A program made the position numbers and the translations under genes. Shown here in pieces: positions 1-13,424 of a stretch of DNA of 64,000 nucleotides. The notes beneath the pieces were generated by a model that was given only the letters and a program-made list of their open reading frames with translations, did no database searches and was not told the origin of the DNA. This stretch comes from Camelus dromedarius (lineage: Eukaryota): positions 27,778,001 to 27,842,000 of the forward strand of contig NC_087437.1 in the NCBI RefSeq assembly GCF_036321535.1. The letters are read 5' to 3'. Position 1 is the stretch's first letter. Every line of letters begins with the position of its first letter.

Positions 1-330
1 TATTATCTTCAAGGCAAAAAGGTATCTGCAGGAACAACAAGCAATACAAAGTGACAGATTTGAAAGTGATCCACAAACCCCTAGAAATAAAAAAATATAT
101 ATAAAAATGAAGAATTCTATGAGTAGATTGGACACAAAGAATTAGTATACTGGGGGATTAGAAGAAATTATGCAGAACACAGCAGAGAGAGACAAAAAGG
201 TGGAAAGAAACAGAAAAGAGAATCTGTGACATGGTTTCGGGAATGAGAAGGTCTAACATGCTTAATCAGAATTCCAGAAGTTCCAGAGACAGAGACTAAG
301 GCAGGTATAATATTTGAAGAGATAATGTCT
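1..330 (+). mobile_element. Old, degraded LINE-1 ORF1 fragment
   Basis: A-rich sequence with L1 ORF1-like motifs (gagaaggtctaacat...tcagaattccagaag; atatttgaagagataatgtctg). It is cut at ~330 by the next L1. Confidence 0.6.
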
Positions 331-1139
331 GCATGTCAGCAAAATGGAGGGCTAGAGGTGCCAACACTCATCTCCCCCATAAAACAACAAGAATAAATAA
401 AACAACAAAAATTGAAGCAAACCGCTCAGGGAGATTTCTAGACTATATTAAAGTAGCAGCAAAAACTCTGCAGAGCTCAAAAATTAAGGATGGTCACATA
501 GAAAAGTACAGGAAATGTCTTGCCTGTGTCATTCCATCCTCCAGTGGGGAGCTGCTGGGCTCTAGGAGGAATCCCCTCAGAGGAAGTTCATCATGCAGGG
601 AGAAGGAAAGCAGGAGAACCCTGCAACCTTCACCACTGGGGACGACTGCAGCTTTCACTACCAAAGTCTCCCCCATTCCTCATGGATGCGGAGCCCAGCT
701 AACAGAATAGCCAGGAGTGCCTGCCTCTGCATCTGCTCCCAGAGACTAGATCTGTTGCTGAGGTAAGACTTGCCTTCAGGTACCCCAGTTGCTGCTGTGC
801 CCCACGCTCAGGGATAAGGTGCCACAGCATCTGACCATATATAGGACCAGAGCTGCCACTGCTCAGTGCCCACCCATGACCCCAGGTCAGGGCTCTGTTC
901 CAACATTACCAACTTCTACTGCCAAGCCATGACCCCAGCATCCCAAGTCATGCTTTGGCTGTCATTATGCTCCCTCCACCCTGAGTCCCACCCATAGGGT
1001 TCCAGGCTGTAACTCGGAATGGCCATTGCCAGAGGTGCTGATGCTGCCCTGAGACCCACTCCCCTATCCCAGGTCAAGACTGAACCATCATTACTGAGAC
1101 TGGGCTGCTGCTGCCCTATGCCTCACCTCCTGGGTTCTT

Positions 1140-3703
1140 TTTTGTTGTTGTTGCTATCAACTTTTTTTATAGACTTTATTTTTTTTGAGCAGTTTCAGGT
1201 TTACAGCAGAATTAAGCAGACAATACAGAGTTTGCACACAGCCCTCCCCACCCACACATATACTCCCCTACCCTCAACATCCCTCATCAGTGTGGCATAT
1301 TTGGTACAACCAATGGACCAATATGGACACATTATTATCAACCAAAGTCTATAGTTTACATTACGATTCACTCTTGATGTTGTACATTCTATGGGTTTTG
1401 ACAAAACGCATAATGACATGTAGCCACCACCGTAATATCACACAGAATAATTTCATTGCCCTAAAAATCCCTTGTGCTTCATCTATTCATTTCTCCCTCC
1501 CTCTCTCTCCCCAAACTCCTGGAAACCATGGTCTTTTTATTGTTTCTGTAGCTGTGCCTTTTCCAGAATGTCACTTGGTTGGAATCACAGTTTATAACTT
1601 TTCCAGACTAGCTTCCTTCATTTAGTAATATATTTTTTAAGTTTCTCCCATGTCTTTCATGGCTTGATAGCTCACTTCTTTTTTTTTTTTACTGCACATA
1701 TACTTTTAAATTTACATATATGTACTGTCCATTGTTTCTAAGAATATTTAGAGTTTTAGCTTTTTAAACTTACACAGTTACAAAGGCATAAAGCCAACCA
1801 TAAAATAAGAATTAACTCAAAAAGATACATACACCCTGCTATTAACAGCAACATTATTTATAATTGCCAAGATATGAAAGAATCCTAACTGCACATCAAT
1901 AGTTGAATAGAAAATGAAGATGCAGCATATACATATGCAATGGAATACAACTCACACATAAGAAAGAAGGATATTTTGCCATTTGCAGCCCTTCGGTCAC
2001 TTTTTTTTTTCACTTCAAAAACCAGAATTTTATAACCAGCATAAACATTTCCATTACATCAAAAACATCAAAATACCTAGAAATAAACTTAACCAAGGTT
2101 ACCTATACTCTGAAAACCGAAATGACACAAAGAAATGGAAAGATTTCTTGTACTCTTGGATTGGGAGAATTAACACTATCAAAATGGCCACACTACCCAA
2201 AGCAATCCACAGATCCAATGCAACCTCAAAATACTCAAGACATTCCTCACAGAACTAGAACAAACAATTCCAAAATTTATAAGGAACCACAAAAAAATCC
2301 CAAACTGCCAAAGCAATCTTTTGTAGGTGGGTTTTTTTTTTTTTCCTGTCTTCTTTTTGTTCTCTTTTCTTATGGTTTGATGACTAGAGAAGGTCCTTTA
2401 ACATTTGTTGTAAAGCTGGCTTAGTGGTGCTGAAATCTTTTAGCTTTTGTTTATCTGTGAAGCTTTTGATTTCTCCATCAAGTCTGAACAAGAGTCTTGC
2501 TGGATAGAGTACTCTTGGTTGTAAGTTTCCCCCTTCATCACTTTAAATATATCTTGCCACTCCCTTCTGGCCTGTAGAGTTTCTGCTGAAAAATCAGCTG
2601 ATAACCTTATGCTATTTGTTGCTATTCTCTTGATATTTGTTGCTATTCTCTTGATAATTTTAATATTTTCTCCTTATCCTTAATTTTTGTCAATTTGATG
2701 ACTATATGCCTCAAGATAGTGGAGTGGTAGGACCAAGAGCTTGCCTCTCCTCACGACTATAACAAAACTACAACTAACTGCTAAACAACCATCAGAGAAA
2801 AAAGACTGGAACCTAGCAAAAAGATCTTCTGCAACTGGAAACATAAAGAGGGAACCACAGCAGGATGGTAGGAGGGGTGTGCTCGCGATATAATTGGGCT
2901 CCATACCCTCCTGTTGGCGACCCACAAGCTGAAGAACAGTTAAGTCGCAGAGGCCCTCCCACAGGAATGAGAGCTCTAAGCCCCACGTCAGGCTTCCCAG
3001 CCTGGGTTCCGGCAAAGCCTGTAGAAGGAATCCACAAACACACAGAAAGATAGATGGCATGAGGCGGCAAAGGAATATCTCCCAGGACAAGGCATAAGAT
3101 AAAATCCCAGAAGAAGACATAAGTGATGAGGAGATAGGCAATTTATCTGAGAAAGAGTTTATTTATTTTAATGGAGGTACTAGAGATTGAACCCAGGACC
3201 TTGTGCATGCTAAGGATGCACTCTACCACTGAGCTATACGCTCCCCCCTGAGAAAGAGTTTAAAGTAATGATGGCCAAGATGTTCAGAGAACTCAAGAGG
3301 CGTATAGATGCACAGAGTGAAGTTTTTATCAAAGAGTTGGAAAATATAAAGAATTGAAGAGTTGAAGAATAAAATTACTGCAATGAGTAACACACTAGAA
3401 GGAACCAAGAATAGACTAAATGAGGCAGAAGAATGGATCAGTGAGCTAAAACACAGATTAGTGGAAATAACCACTACAGAACAGAAAAAAGAATGAAAAG
3501 AAATGAGGATAGTTTAAGAGAACTCTGGGACAACATGAAGCACACCAATATTCGCATTATAGCGGTCCCAGATAGAGAAGACAGAAAGGACCTGAAAAAA
3601 TTTTTGGAGAGATAATCACTGAAAACTTCCCCTTGGTCAAGGAAACAGTTACTCAAGTCCCATGAAGTGCAGAGAGCACTACACAGGATCAATCCAAAGA
3701 GCA
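1140..3703 (-). mobile_element. Composite ORF1-only (half-L1-like) retroelement, copy 1, with 5' inversion (1140-2712 minus; 2711-3703 plus)
   Basis: Perfect 15-bp TSD acctcctgggttctt (1125-1139 and 3704-3718). TT/AAGA cut site on the minus strand. A-rich tail and AATAAA (minus, ~1175-1180). 1160-2712 is collinear with 22984-24517, and 2711-3703 matches the reverse complement of 24524-25970. Confidence 0.9.
3161..3247 (-). mobile_element. Short tRNA-derived SINE (vic-1-like) inserted in ORF1 of composite copy 1
   Basis: Minus strand reads gggggagcgtatagctcagtggtagagtgc...gtcctgggttcaatc, with A and B boxes and an A-rich tail. TSD ctgagaaagagttt at 3147-3160 and 3248-3261. Confidence 0.9.
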
Positions 3704-6700
3704 ACCTCCTGGGTTCTTAATCATGGTTCTGAGCCACATTATCAGGACTACTACCATTGCCCTGAGCCCCACCTGCCCCCCACCTCTGTTGTGGCTTTCG
3801 TACATCGTTGCTAGGATTGACTGCTGCTACCCTGAGCCCTGCCCCAGGGTAAAGATCATACTTCTGACCCATCAGTGCTGAGACTGTGCTGCCACTGCCC
3901 TGAACTCCACCCACCAGCACCCAGGTCAAAGCTCTGACCAGTTGTTATCAGGGCTGTGCTGCCACTGCTTTGAGCCCATTTCCCCAGGTGCCAACATGTG
4001 GCGTTAACAGACCACCACCAGAGTCATGCTGCTGCTATCCTGTGACTAACTCTGGACCCAGAGTTGAGGCTTTGACCCACCATCCTCATGATGTGCTACT
4101 ATTGCACCCTGTCCCTTGGGTCCAAGACACTTCTACACCTTTTCATCTCAGGGCCTGTGCCACTGCTGCATCCCTGCCTCCTCCCATCCACACCTGTCAG
4201 CTGGAGTCACAGCAGTGAGCCCCTGAGACCGAGGTATCAGTTCCATGGAATATCTGCATATAGCCATACCCTAGACACCAATGCTACAGCTACAGCAAAT
4301 GCACCTACACCCCACGATCCAGGTGCTGTGGTAGTTCCATGTGCACCTGATCCTAGGACCCTGGCTCTAAAGCCAATCTGAAAAAAGTAGGAGATCATTG
4401 AGTATTCCCTCAAATGCACAGACATCAGTGCAAACCCATCAGAAACATGAGCAAGGTAATATACACAATAATATTTCAATAACCAATCGCCCAAAATGGA
4501 GATAGTTATTTGAAAAAGAATTCAAAATAATTATTTAAAGGAAGCTCAGTGAGATTGAACAGAACACAGACAAACAATGAACTTAGGAAACATGAACAAA
4601 ATAAGAACTTGAACAAAAATAGAAATCATAAAAAAGAATCAAACAAATTCTGGAGATGAATAATACAATGAATAAAATGAAAAATGCAACAGATAGCTTC
4701 AACAGTTGGCTCAATCAAGTAGAAGAAAGAACCTGTGACCTTGAAGACAGATCTCTTGATATTAATCAATCAGAGGAAAATAAAGAAATCAGAACAAAAA
4801 AGAGTAAAAAAGCTTACGTGAACTGTGGGACATGATCAAAAGAAACAATATTCACATTGTGGGAGTCCCAGAAGGAGAAGAGAGGGAGAAAGGGACAGAA
4901 ATCTATTTAAAAAAATAATGACTGAAAAATTCCCAAATCTGAGGAGAGATATGGCCATCCAAGTACAGGAAGCTCAAAGATCCCCAAACAGATTCAACCC
5001 AAAGAGATCTTCACTGAGACACATTATAATCAAGTTGTCAAAAATCAAAGACAAAGAGAGAATCCTGAAAGCAGCAAGAGAAAAAAAGAATCATTACATA
5101 CAAATGAATCCTGATAAAGCTATCAGCAGATTTCTCAGCAAAAACCTTACAGGCCAGGAGAGAGTGGGATGATATATTCAAAGTTTTCAAAGAAAAAAAA
5201 AAAAAAAGCCAACCAAGAATACTTAACTCAGCAAAGCTGTCATTCAGTAATGAAGAAGAAATAACTTTCCCAAACAAAAACTGAGACACTTTATCACTAC
5301 TAGGCCTGCCCTATAAGAAATGCTAAAGGAAGTTCTTCAAGCTGAAACAAAAGGACACATTAGTAACATGAAAACATATGAAAGTATAAAATTCACTGGT
5401 AAAGGTAAATGTATCATCAAATTCAAAATAATCTAATATTGCACAGTGGTGTGTAAATTTCCTTGAAATCTAGAACATAGGGACAAAAGTGTTGAAAATA
5501 ACTATAACTATAAAATGATGTTAACAGATATACAATACAAAAAAGATACAAATTGAGACATCAACATAAATTATAGAGGGGCTAGTAAATGGGTAGAACT
5601 TTCTTATGCAATTAAAGTTGTTAAATTGTTAAATTATGTTATCAACTTAAAATAGGCAGTTACAACTATAAGATGTATTATGAAACTCATATGGTAAACA
5701 CAGAGTAAAAATCTATAATAGATACATAAATGATAAAGAAATTATCACAGCAAATCACTACAAAAATCAACTCACAAAGACAGTAAGAAAGAAAAAAAGG
5801 AAGTACAAAACAATCAGAAAACAATTAAAAAATGACAATAGTTAAGTCCTTACCTATCAATAATTACTTTAAATGTAAATGATTTAAATTTGCCAATTAA
5901 AAGACACAGAGTGGCCAAATGAATAAAAAAAGACCTGTCTATATGCTGCCTACAAGAGACTCACCTAAGCATTAAAGAAATTCACAGGGTGAAAGTGAAT
6001 AGATGGAAAAAATTATTTCAAGCAAATGGAAATCAAAAGAGAACTGGGATAGCTATATTTATATCAGACAATATAGATTAAGTAAAAAGTTGTAACAAGA
6101 GACAAAGAAGGTCATTATACAATGATAAAGGGGTCAATTCATCAAAAGGATATTACAATTGTGAATATACAGAACACCCAATGTTGGAGCACCTAAATAT
6201 ATTAAATCATTAACAGATCTGAAGGGAGAAATAGCAATGCAACGGTCTTAGGGAACTTTCAGCAACAGACAGATCATCGAGAGAGAAAATAAATAAGGAA
6301 ATAATGAATCTGAATGACACTTTAAACAAAGTGGACCTAACAGACAGATATATACAGAATATTCCATCCAATAGCAGCAGAATACACATTCTTTTCAAGG
6401 GCACACAGAATATTCTCCAGGATAGATCACATAATAGATTAAAAAAAATGTATTAACAAATTTAAGAAGATTGAAATAACACCAAGTATCTTTTCCAACA
6501 ACAGTATGAAACTAGAAATCAGTAACAGGAAGAAAGGTAGAAACTTCACAGATATGTGGTGATTGAACAAAATGCTCCTGAACAACCAGTCAAGGAAAGA
6601 AGACAAAAGGAAAATCAGGAACATGTTGAAACAAAAGAAAATGGAAGCACAACATATCAAAACCTATGGGATGCAGCAAAATCAGTTGTAAGTGGTAAAT

Positions 6701-7842
6701 ATTCACAATAAGAAACAGGAAAGATCCCAAACAACCTTACTTTACACCTCAAAGAACTAGAAAAAGAATTAAGCCCAAAGCTAGCAGAAGGAAGGAAACA
6801 ACAAGGATTAAAGCAGAAATAAATGAAAAAGAGACCAGAAAAACAATAGCAGAAATCAACAAAACTAAGTGCTGGTCTTTGAAAAGATAAACAAAATTGT
6901 CAAGTCATTAGGTGGATTAACTAAGAGAACAGATGACCAAAAGAAGTAAAATCAAAAATGAAAAGAGGAGCCATTACAACTGACACTACAGTAGTACAAA
7001 GGATCATGAGAGACTACTATGAAAAATTATATGCCAACAAACTGGATAAGCTAGGAAAAAGTGGATAAATTCCTAGACATGTGACATATCAAGACTGCAT
7101 CATGAGTAAGTAGAAAATCTAAACAGACCGATAACGAGTAAAGAGATTGAGTCAGTACTCAAAAAACTCTCAACACACAAAAGCCTAGTACCAGAAGGAA
7201 TTCTACCAAACATTTAAAGAATTACTGTTATTAGTTCTCATAGTTTTCCAAAAAGTTGAAAAGAAGGGAACACCTTCAAACTTATTTTTCATAACCAGCA
7301 TTACCCTGAAACCAAAGATACTTAAAGAAATGAACATTATAGACTAATATCCCTGATGAACACAGACGCAAAACTCCTCAACAACATATTAGCAAATTGA
7401 ATTTAATAGCACATTAAAATGATCATTCACCATGATCAAATGGATGTTCACTTCTGAAGGGGAAAGAGATGACCAGTTCCCCAGATGTGCTACTGTACTG
7501 TGAATGGTGAAGAGTCACGACCACAAGGCCTTGGATCTAGTGGGCCTGCTGGCTGCTATCTGCATTCTTTCAATAAAAACCTCCTAGCGAAAGAAATATA
7601 CTGACAACGCAAGCTGAAAGATTAATGTTATGATTTTTGTTGTAGCGCACATTGCGGATTTAATTTTGTTTCATGTTGAAATAATATCTGAATACTTAAA
7701 AAATTCTAACAGTAGTAAAGGATATAAAATGATAATCAGTTCTTCTTTACCCTAAACTTCAGTCCACAAGATTCCCTTCCTATGTTTTATTTTTTCTTTT
7801 ACTTTAAAATTTTGTATCCTTCCAGTAATACCCATATATATA

Positions 7843-8033
7843 CAACTGACCCTTGACCAACACAGGGGTTAATCTGCACATACTTATAGTCAGCCTTCCA
7901 TATCCACAGTTCACCCACATCCTTGGATTCAACCAACCAAGGACCATGTAGTACTGCAGTATTTACTATTGAAAAATATCCAAGAATAAATGGACCCTTG
8001 CAGTCCAAACCCATATTGTTTAAGGGACAGCTG
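7843..8033. mobile_element. TcMar-Tigger MITE (Tigger2-like)
   Basis: Imperfect TIRs caactgacccttgaccaacacaggg and cccatattgtttaagggacagctg, flanked by TA on both sides. Confidence 0.8.
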
Positions 8034-9604
8034 TACTTTCATACAGCTCTTGGCTTCGGAAAAACGTGGTAGGTTGTAACACATTGTGATGTACCTTTTT
8101 GAGACATTCAGAATTTTATTGATGTATTTTGTAGTTGCCAGCTAATCCTGCCCAAATTTCTGTCTTAGAACAGTGACTTTATTAAATTAAATGTTTTCTA
8201 AAACATCACAGAGCCCATAATTGTTAACACAATTTGCCAAAGTGTATTTAATTGGTCCAGTTTGTTACGCATGTCTTGGACAGGAAAGTAAATAGCAATT
8301 CTGTAATAGCAGTAGTCCTATTGCTGCCTTAGGGAATGAAAGAGAAATTACTTCTCAGATATATAAAGCAGCCAAATAAGCTTCAAACAATCTTGATATA
8401 ATGTAGAAATTTTTCACGTTGTTTTTTAAAACTATGAAGTCTTCAAGATGTGTTCATAGCATCTACTCCATAGACTTTATTATTATCACAAAATTTTTAT
8501 TGTTAATTGAAGTTTAGCCTCACCTAGTAATTTTCTGATCCATGGTTTATCTGTTAACTTTTTTCTACACAAGTTCTGTAGGGTCTAGGTCCTCTACTTC
8601 TAAAAAACAATTGTCATTTTCCCCTTGATGTTCTTTCTCATTGATTTCATTTTTTTCCTTTTCAGGAACATTTGCTTCCAGATTTACTTCAGTATTCTTC
8701 CTTTCTTTCATTCTCATCATCCTGGTTATCTCTAATGAGGCTGTACTTCCTCATCTTCACCCAGTCCCTGAGGGAAGTCCTTCCTCCCACCTTCTGCATC
8801 AGATGCTTTGAGGAGGATGTGTGTGCTTTCCTGCTGTCACTGTCTTAGTCAGAGTATGATGTGTGTGAAGGGGAGAGCAAGTGAGTGATGACTGAGCAGT
8901 GTTAAGTCAAAGTTAAGTGTTGACCTAAACCCTGTACAAATCTGGTCTTTCTGAGTTTTGGTAGGATCTGTAGGAAAGACTTAAAAACAAAAATAGCTAG
9001 CATCACTTTATCCTACTGGCTGCAAAACCCATTACCGATTCCCACATAGTCACTTTCCTCTTTGGAAACTTGTATCTGTCAGGATTCTTTTGGATGTAAA
9101 TGACAGGAAACTCAGCCTAACCTGGCTTAGGCAAATAGGAAGATTTTCATCTCACTTAGCTGAACAGGCCCAGAGGACACCACTGGGAGCTGGATTCACT
9201 CCTCCTTTGGCTCACTCAGGCTCCATACTGCTTCCATTCTCAGACGGCCCATTCTCTCTTTAAGGATGGCTATGAGGGCATCCATTTCCAGTGAAAAAAC
9301 AAAATACCAGAGTTTTTTTCTGGGACGATACATTTTTGAAGAGTAGGTATAAGGGCTTCTCTATATAGCAGCAAAATGAAAAGATATTTACATGTCTCTG
9401 GAATAACTTTTGAGTTTAAGGTAGCTTTTGAGTTACTTTGGATGGTACATACCCAATAAAAGTGAGTTAATTGAGTGCTAAAAAAGCATATAAGTATTTA
9501 AGTCCCAGAATTAACTGTCTCTCCCCCCAAAAATTATTTCTAACGTAAAAGAAAGGAAGATGAATGAGAAGGAGGAAAAGGAGGAAAGAGTATTATTTTG
9601 GTAA

Positions 9605-9818
9605 CCCGGGCTTGGATTTTATCTCCAGCAATGAATCGATATCTAACCTGAGCAAATTACTTGACATTTTTGAGCATCAGTTTCTTTCCGTCACAGAGAT
9701 AATACTTTTAGAGTGCTTTTCTCCTAGTTCATGCTGATGAAGTGCAATGCTGTAGGTTAAGCTCTTTACATAGTACCCACATACAAAAAGCTCTTAATAA
9801 ATATCAACTATCATTATT
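9605..9818 (+). mobile_element. MIR SINE remnant
   Basis: Degenerate MIR core (ctgagcaaattacttgacatttttgagcatcagtttc) and MIR-like 3' end (ctcttaataaatatcaactatcattatt). Confidence 0.6.
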
Positions 9819-10760
9819 AACACTGAACCTGAAACACACCAATAGACTCTCCATTTTCACTCTGTTCATTCTTTCTTCTGGCTGCAGTTTTTATTCTATT
9901 CATTTATTTTATTCAGGGACTGACCCGAGTTTTGTGGGGCTTAAAGCTCATACAATTTTGAAGGACTTTTAAGTGAAAGCACAGAATATTGTGAATACAG
10001 ATTAGAGACAAAGGTTAATAATTAAATTTGAAAAATTATAAGCAACTACAAATATATAAATGATGGTAAATCTTGCTATAAATATCACAAATCTAGAAAA
10101 TTAATAATACTTTAATTTTGATAAATTAACTCCTCACACACCTCTAAAGTACTCATTTTTCTTTTTTGGTTGCACATCCTATGGTTGCCGTATCCTATCA
10201 CAGCAGTTTTGTAGTATTTTCACTGGAGAGAGTAGAAAAAGTAATCCAGCCTTCCCTTAAATGGTCAATTTCATTTGAAAGTTACTGATGGTTTAGCAGT
10301 TTCCTTCAGCTTTACAGCTCATGACTGATAATGTAACATAAGTAACTATAGTTCCAATTTCACTGAGATGGCACTGCTTGCAGGGGCAGATCCTTAGATG
10401 ACTGAAGCTCTTTGATCTCAATCTGGATGTTCCTTGATAGCTTGTGTCTAAGTCCTAGCTGTTGCTGTTTCCTGTCCCACCTCTGCCACTAGTCCTGCTG
10501 TGGGTGGGGAAGGAGATGGTGAAGTACCACCGTCTATCAATGACCTTTGAGTAGGGAGCAGGGCAGAATTTCATTCATGTTCTTTTCCTTGGAATCAGAA
10601 TCTGGTTACTCTATGAAGTCCCCCTGCAACAGAATTGCCACTGGGGCCTGGAGGATGTGGAGGTACAGCTGATAGCCTGTAAACCTCATCTACGGATCTA
10701 AGACCAGCAAGAGCGCAGAGAGGATGATCCCCCAATCCGGGGTGCTGATTCGTCCCTGTG

Positions 10761-10881
10761 TAGGATTTAACTAGCAAATAAAAATAAAGGATGCTTGGGA
10801 TATACTTACACTAAGAATTATTCACTGTTTATCTGAAATTCAAATTTAACTGGGCATCTTGTTTTTCATTTGGCAACCCTA
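10761..10881. mobile_element. MER53-like hAT MITE, partial
   Basis: gtttatctgaaattcaaatttaactgggcatc...ttggcaacccta matches the MER53 arm as I recall it. Confidence 0.65.
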
Positions 10882-12179
10882 TCACTGTGGCTCTACATGA
10901 CAGCTTTGTAAAGGGTACATGCAAATAAGGGCCCTAAAACTTAATTTTCAAACAGACTCATTTTAAATCTGCCCTCTGATTGTAATATAAAGCTTAACAT
11001 TTGTTCCTGTTAAATGAGATGTTAAATCTAAAGTACCTGATTTGAATAGGAGCTCAAAAGATGTTGTTTTCTCTTTTCTTTCCCCTTTCAAGCTCATTTT
11101 GTTAAATTTGGCTCATTATTGCAACACATCAGTCTTTTAAAGTCTTAATTCTATAGTATATCACATTAACTATTCTTCTAGTTTTGTCTGATCCTTAAAT
11201 TGCAGTTAAGTCAGCCCCTTTAACATTATGACACAGGTAAATTATCTTTGTTGTTGAAGATTACAAGAACTGTCATTCTGGGTCCTACTGCTTTTATAAA
11301 ACAGCAGGCCTAATAAAGGCTAGATCCCTGAACTACAGAATTTAAATTTTTTCTTTGATTATGGGAATCTTTTCACAACGTACATGTATATTAAATCATC
11401 ACATTGTACACTTTAAACATGTTACAAGTTTGTCTGTCAATTATACCCCAATAAAGCTAAAAATAAACACAATAAAACTCAACGTTTTAAAGCAAAAATT
11501 CACCTATCTCATTTATGTGGGATATGTTAAGAATTAGGTTCAGTTCTAGCTGTAGTTCTCAATTTTGGCACCTTAGACAGTAAGAGAAACAAATGTGGGA
11601 AGGTGCTAAACCACCTGGAGAGAAAAAATATATTCCTTTGATGTATTTAAAGAAGAACTTACATAGATTTTTTTACATAGATTTGTGTATAAAATGTCAT
11701 TGCTTACAAAAATGAGAATTTTAAAAATAACTGTAGTCTTGAAAAAGTACAAAATTAAAAATATATTTATTTTTTATTCTAGCATTTATTCTTTCCAATA
11801 ACAATATTTGATTGGGCCTATCTGCATGTATTTAATATGGGAAGCCCCTAAGGAAGATTTTCTTGGGTAAGCCATCTCAAAAGCAGTCTTTCTGCCTCCA
11901 TAGGGCTGATTACATGCATAGTTGCTTTGGCTCATGCACTGTGATCTTAGCCAGTCAGCTATGGCTAGAGAAGGAGGTTTGGATTTACTCAGTACAGAGC
12001 ACGATCTATAGTAACTTATGTAATATAGAATCAGCTTGAGTCACTTCATCTCAACAGTAGAAAAACAGATGCCTAAAGATTTGTAACTTTCACCTGAAAT
12101 TTGCTAATAACAGGCTATTGATTTTTGGTCAAAATCATAGAATATTGATGAGGATGAGGCCAGGAAGAAAGAACTGAAG

Positions 12180-12720
12180 CTCATCAGTAGGTTAGTCTGC
12201 GCCCTTTGGATGGGGATGCCATCATTCAATCACTCACAGCTAATTGTTCTAGTATCTGGTCCATCTCCCCCTCCACATTGTATAATGAGGCGATCACGTA
12301 ACAATTTACTAACAACTTGTTAAAATCTAGCTTGTAATATGTTTTCTTCCACCTACCAATTTAGTGATACTGTCAAAAACCGAGCAAAGATGTTAGTCTG
12401 CAGTGACTTTTTTTTTTGATGAGGCCATTCTAATTCTGGTCTTCACTGCTTCCTTTTCTAAGTGTTCATGTATTCTTAAAAAAAAAAAAAAAAAAATCTC
12501 CTCTAGGATTTTTGTCAAGTCCTCTGATCTGTAATCCAATAAATCTAACTCCTTCCCATTCTGACAGTGGGAACAACATTTTCCATTCTTCAGTCTCCTG
12601 GCACCTCTCCGGTTTTCCATGGTTTCCTGTTTTCCACAGCGGTTCAGTAATTACAGCCATACACTCTCCATGTTCCCTGAGATGTAGTTTAGCCAGGGCA
12701 AGAGATTTGAAATCATCAGA
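12180..12720 (-). mobile_element. CR1/L3 LINE reverse-transcriptase remnant
   Basis: Minus-strand peptides AVITEPLWKTG, DYRS..LTKILEEI...EHLEKEAV and QTNI...FDSITKLV resemble CR1 RT motifs (NYRPVSLT..KILE; CQTNLISFFD). Heavily decayed. Confidence 0.7.
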
Positions 12721-13424
12721 GCAACTAGGATCCTTCTCATGATTTCTCCTGCCTCCTGGGTTTCAGATCACTCTAATATCTCCTTCCCACTTTGCCTGAT
12801 CCCATGAGTTGGCAGAGATAGAAATTTATGGGATCCTTAATAGTTGCCAAAGGTCATATCTAGTTCCAGGTCTTTGAAAGGACCTGCACCTAATCTTCAG
12901 AGGCAGAGTCAAAGGCTCATTCTGAGGCATAACTGATAAACACTTAATATTTTATACTTAGAAAAACACTTAATATTTAGACTTAGAAGTTGCTCACAAT
13001 TGTGATGCTTCACTTTTGTAACCACCAGAAGCACAAAGACAATGAAAGTCCATTATTGCTTGTTCTATTGCTTCTGAGTATATTTATTTAATAATTATGA
13101 AGTAAAGCTTAAAAAGCCTGCAGTTCTAGTTCAAAATGGCAATGTCGGAGTATCCTAAACTGATTTCTTCCTATAGACGCACCAAATCTACAGCTACATA
13201 TAGAAACATTTCCTCTGAAAGAAACCTAACAACTAGATGAATAACTTCTACACATTGGGTGAGTGAGAAAAACCCCACACTGAAATAGGTAGGAGAGGCT
13301 GAAACATAATCTCACTGTATCCCCAGCCCTGCCATGGGAACCTACAAGTGGAAGGGAACTCACAACTCTGAGCTTCCCTGAGGAGTTAAAGATCTGAACT
13401 CCATTATCAGGCATCCCAACTTTT

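Larger units (their letters stand above)
333..7450 (+). mobile_element. LINE-1: 5'UTR, degraded ORF1 (~4447-5363) and ORF2 5' part (~5832-7445); 3'-truncated; 5'UTR interrupted by the composite element at 1140-3703
   Basis: ORF1 peptide FKKIMTEKFPNL...QEAQRSPNRFNPKRSSLRHIIIKLSKIKDKERILKAAREK. ORF2 endonuclease start tcaataattactttaaatgtaaat (IITLNVN). RT-region motif tatagactaatatccctgatgaacacagacgcaaaa. Many stops and frameshifts. Confidence 0.9.

Noticed and set aside
3161..3247. tRNA gene (also 22200-22314 and 28061-28208)
   Set aside because: A-rich tails, TSDs and degenerate stems indicate SINEs, not functional tRNAs.
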